DNA from: Escherichia phage vB_EcoM_ASO1A
DNA: 64,000 nucleotides
Sequence record: MZ726791.1
Reading direction: 5' to 3' (one strand)
Positions 61,569-64,000 of the stretch are shown here, one piece after another; position 1 is the first letter of the stretch, and every line of letters starts with the position of its first letter. Made by a program: the position numbers and the translations under genes. Under the pieces are notes generated by a model. It ran no database searches. It was not told where the DNA came from and saw only the letters and a list, made by a program, of their open reading frames with translations.

Positions 61569-63350
61569 ATGAGTAAATCACTTTACGCAGTACCAGCAGG
61601 TCTTAATGCAGATGCTTACAAGTCATCACATATATATCAGTATCCAGATGCTACACAGTATCTTATGCTGAACCTGACACCACGTAGCGACAAATGGTTT
61701 AACAGCCCCTTAGCAATTGACGGTGTAGTAGCTTTTGGTATTCAACGTTTTGTTAAAGATTACTTGATAGACCACTGGAATGCCACTTTCTTTGAACGTG
61801 ATAAAAAAGAAGCAATTGACGAAATCTTAGAAGTCATGAATGGTGTTCTGGGTAAAGATGCTATAGGTCGAGAGCATTGGGAAGCACTTCACGACTTAGG
61901 CTATCTACCAGTTGAAGTATACGCTGTAGAAGAAGGCACAGTTGTCCCTATGCGTGTTCCGATGATTGTTTTCCAGAACACTGTTTCAGGTTTCCATTGG
62001 GTAGCAGGTTATCTGGAAGATGCTTTCTCTGCTGAGATTTGGAAGGCTTGTACCATTGCAACTATTGCATTGCACTACAAACGTATCTGTAAGAAGTGGG
62101 CTGACCTTACTTGTGACAACGACTTGCATTTACCTTATCAGTGCCATGACTTTGCTATGCGTGGTATGTCCGGCTTTACTGATGACGCATTTAACGCTGT
62201 AGGCCACTTAACCAGCTTTAAAGGAACTGATAGCTTTCCTGCTGTGTATACGGCTAAACGAATCTATGGACAGTCCTACCCAATCTCTGATATTGGTAGC
62301 TCTGTACCAGCCACTGAGCACTCTGTAATGTGTGCAAACATTGCTTGGGAAGGTGGTAATGAGTTGATTGAAGAAGAAAGACGCTTTAAAGGTGAGTTAC
62401 AAACCTTCCGTCGTTTCTTAACAGAAACTTACCCAACGGGTATTGCAAGTATTGTTTCAGATACTTATAACTTCTGGAGAACTGTGTCAGTTATATTACC
62501 AGAACTTCGTAAAGAGATTATGGAACGTGATGGTAAACTGGTAATTCGTCCTGACTCTGGAGACCCTGTACATATTGTCACAGGATACAAAGCAATCCAT
62601 TTAGAGTGTGCTAAAAAGGCTTATTACGAACACCTAAGTAAGCTGGAAGCCAGCGACACAATGTTGAATGCTGTTCTGAACATGAAGCTTGAAAACATCA
62701 ATTATGGTATTGCTGGATGGCTACTGTCAGAAGGCTACGAAATGGTTGTTGACAGAGAAGACTTTGAAGTTGCTGATACAGTGCTGTTGAAAAACGCTTA
62801 TATGGTTGGTTCTGCAAACGTTGTAACACGTCCTGTAGCTGAGATTGATGGAGCTATTAAGACACTGTACAACATCTTTGGAGGAACTATTAACTCTAAA
62901 GGTTTTAAGGTACTGGATGAGCACATTGGCCTTATCTATGGCGACTCTATCACGCTGGAACGTGCAAACGAAATCCTGAAGCGTCTGTATGAAATGGGTT
63001 TTGCAAGCTCTAACGTAGTGTTTGGCGTAGGCTCTTACACTTACCAGTACATGACTCGTGACACCTTTGCATTTGCTGTTAAAGCAACTCTTGCAAGCAT
63101 TGGTGGTAAAGAGATTATGCTTGCAAAAGACCCTAAAACAGATAGTGGTGTTAAGAAGTCTGCTTTTGGTGGTGTAGCACCTATGTGGGATGGTGATAAG
63201 TTGAAAGCTGTAGATGGCTATGGATTCCAGAGCTTTGCAGATGTACTTGAACATCCAGCTTGTGCTTTACGTTTAGTCTTTAGCGACTCTGAGCAGTTCG
63301 GTTACACAACGCTTGGTGATATTCGAAATAATATTGACAAGCAGCTTTAA
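61569..63350 (+). CDS. nicotinamide phosphoribosyltransferase (NAMPT/NadV)-family protein
   Basis: 593 aa; call rests on overall family resemblance (not a single motif) and on adjacency to the PRPP-synthetase-like gene. Confidence 0.7.
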   Translation: MSKSLYAVPAGLNADAYKSSHIYQYPDATQYLMLNLTPRSDKWFNSPLAIDGVVAFGIQRFVKDYLIDHWNATFFERDKKEAIDEILEVMNGVLGKDAIGREHWEALHDLGYLPVEVYAVEEGTVVPMRVPMIVFQNTVSGFHWVAGYLEDAFSAEIWKACTIATIALHYKRICKKWADLTCDNDLHLPYQCHDFAMRGMSGFTDDAFNAVGHLTSFKGTDSFPAVYTAKRIYGQSYPISDIGSSVPATEHSVMCANIAWEGGNELIEEERRFKGELQTFRRFLTETYPTGIASIVSDTYNFWRTVSVILPELRKEIMERDGKLVIRPDSGDPVHIVTGYKAIHLECAKKAYYEHLSKLEASDTMLNAVLNMKLENINYGIAGWLLSEGYEMVVDREDFEVADTVLLKNAYMVGSANVVTRPVAEIDGAIKTLYNIFGGTINSKGFKVLDEHIGLIYGDSITLERANEILKRLYEMGFASSNVVFGVGSYTYQYMTRDTFAFAVKATLASIGGKEIMLAKDPKTDSGVKKSAFGGVAPMWDGDKLKAVDGYGFQSFADVLEHPACALRLVFSDSEQFGYTTLGDIRNNIDKQL

Positions 63351-63359
63351 AAGTATATG

Positions 63360-63392
63360 ATAAGAGGCTCCTACGGGAGCCTTTTTAATTTC
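63360..63392 (+). terminator. rho-independent terminator (GGCTCC-TAC-GGGAGCC + T-run)
   Basis: Read directly. Confidence 0.65.
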
Positions 63393-63403
63393 TGGAGAAA
63401 ACT

Positions 63404-63739
63404 ATGAAAATCAAAGAAATGAACATCAACATTGTCTTAGAAGAACGTTGGGAGAACATCAAGAAGACTGAAGATGGTCATAAGTTCCTCAACAAAATTT
63501 TAGTAGCAGCTAAAGAAGAACTGACTGGAAAGGTTGCAGCAGCAATCACAATAAAGGTTTGTGTAAAAGGTCTTCCACAACATCACCAGTTTGCGCTTGA
63601 CGAGTTTAAAAAAAGCTTCTACAATCCAAACAAACAGATGCTTGAAAGTAACTTTGCAGTATCTACAAGTATCGTTCATGACAGAAGCTTTATCCTTTAC
63701 AAAAACATGAGAGGTGAGTCATGCAAGCATATTGGATAG
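63404..63739 (+). CDS. hypothetical protein
   Basis: 111 aa, GGAGAAAA SD. Confidence 0.5.
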   Translation: MKIKEMNINIVLEERWENIKKTEDGHKFLNKILVAAKEELTGKVAAAITIKVCVKGLPQHHQFALDEFKKSFYNPNKQMLESNFAVSTSIVHDRSFILYKNMRGESCKHIG

Positions 63740-63897
63740 AAATTTTACTGTCACTTGGTAGTGTAGCAATATTTGTTTGCCTTCTTTGTAAGTACTTTGC
63801 AGAACACAAAAAGTGTGACTACTGTAACGGAGAAGGGTATACAAGAGCAGGTTGTTGCCCTATTTGTGGTGGTTCTGGTAAAATGTTTAATAAGTAA
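63721..63897 (+). CDS. small membrane-anchored double zinc-finger peptide (about 58 aa, not in ORF track)
   Basis: N-terminal hydrophobic helix then CDYCNGEG and CPICGGSG (DnaJ-type CxxCxGxG repeats). Confidence 0.35.
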   Translation: MQAYWIEILLSLGSVAIFVCLLCKYFAEHKKCDYCNGEGYTRAGCCPICGGSGKMFNK

Positions 63898-63925
63898 TTT
63901 AACAGTAAACTAAGAGGAAAGTATT

Positions 63926-64000
63926 ATGCGCATGGTAAATGACCACGCAGAAGTGATTAAGAGTTCAACTTCTTTAGAGACGTCTCAAGCACAGATTACA
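63926..64000 (+). CDS. hypothetical protein, N-terminal fragment (runs off window end)
   Basis: ATG after AAGAGGAAAG SD; open to end of window. Confidence 0.35.
   Translation, partial: MRMVNDHAEVIKSSTSLETSQAQIT

Overview
This window is a dense segment of a large virulent tailed phage (Caudoviricetes) genome; all coordinates below were counted by eye and tRNA/small-ORF/motif positions may be off by 1-3 nt. Layout: (i) a short early region (1-2470) with strong sigma70-type promoters and a vWA-domain protein; (ii) a ~5 kb tRNA array (2633-7784) with about 26 tRNA genes whose anticodons appear to cover all 20 amino acids, interspersed with promoters, repeated hairpins, tRNA-like fragments and three embedded ORFs; (iii) a + strand morphogenesis module (8007-31720): terminase, portal, S49 protease-scaffold fusion, capsid, putative sheath/tube, tape measure, baseplate and two HxH-rich tail fibres; (iv) a - strand block (31757-41255): thymidylate synthase, DHFR, ATP-dependent DNA ligase, family A DNA polymerase and small genes; (v) a + strand replication/nucleotide metabolism block (41513-64000): dNMP kinase, primase-helicase, SSB-like protein, FEN-type exonuclease, class Ia and class III ribonucleotide reductases, glutaredoxin, and an adjacent PRPP-synthetase-like plus NAMPT-like gene pair. 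Five free-standing homing-endonuclease-like genes are scattered through the metabolic genes. No integrase, CRISPR array or rRNA was seen. The ORF track includes TTG/GTG starts; where an in-frame ATG with a Shine-Dalgarno sequence follows, I moved the start. The most interesting items are the PRPP-synthetase-like/NAMPT-like pair (candidate NAD+ reconstitution), the vWA protein next to the tRNA array, and the non-canonical tRNAs and repeated RNA hairpins inside the array.
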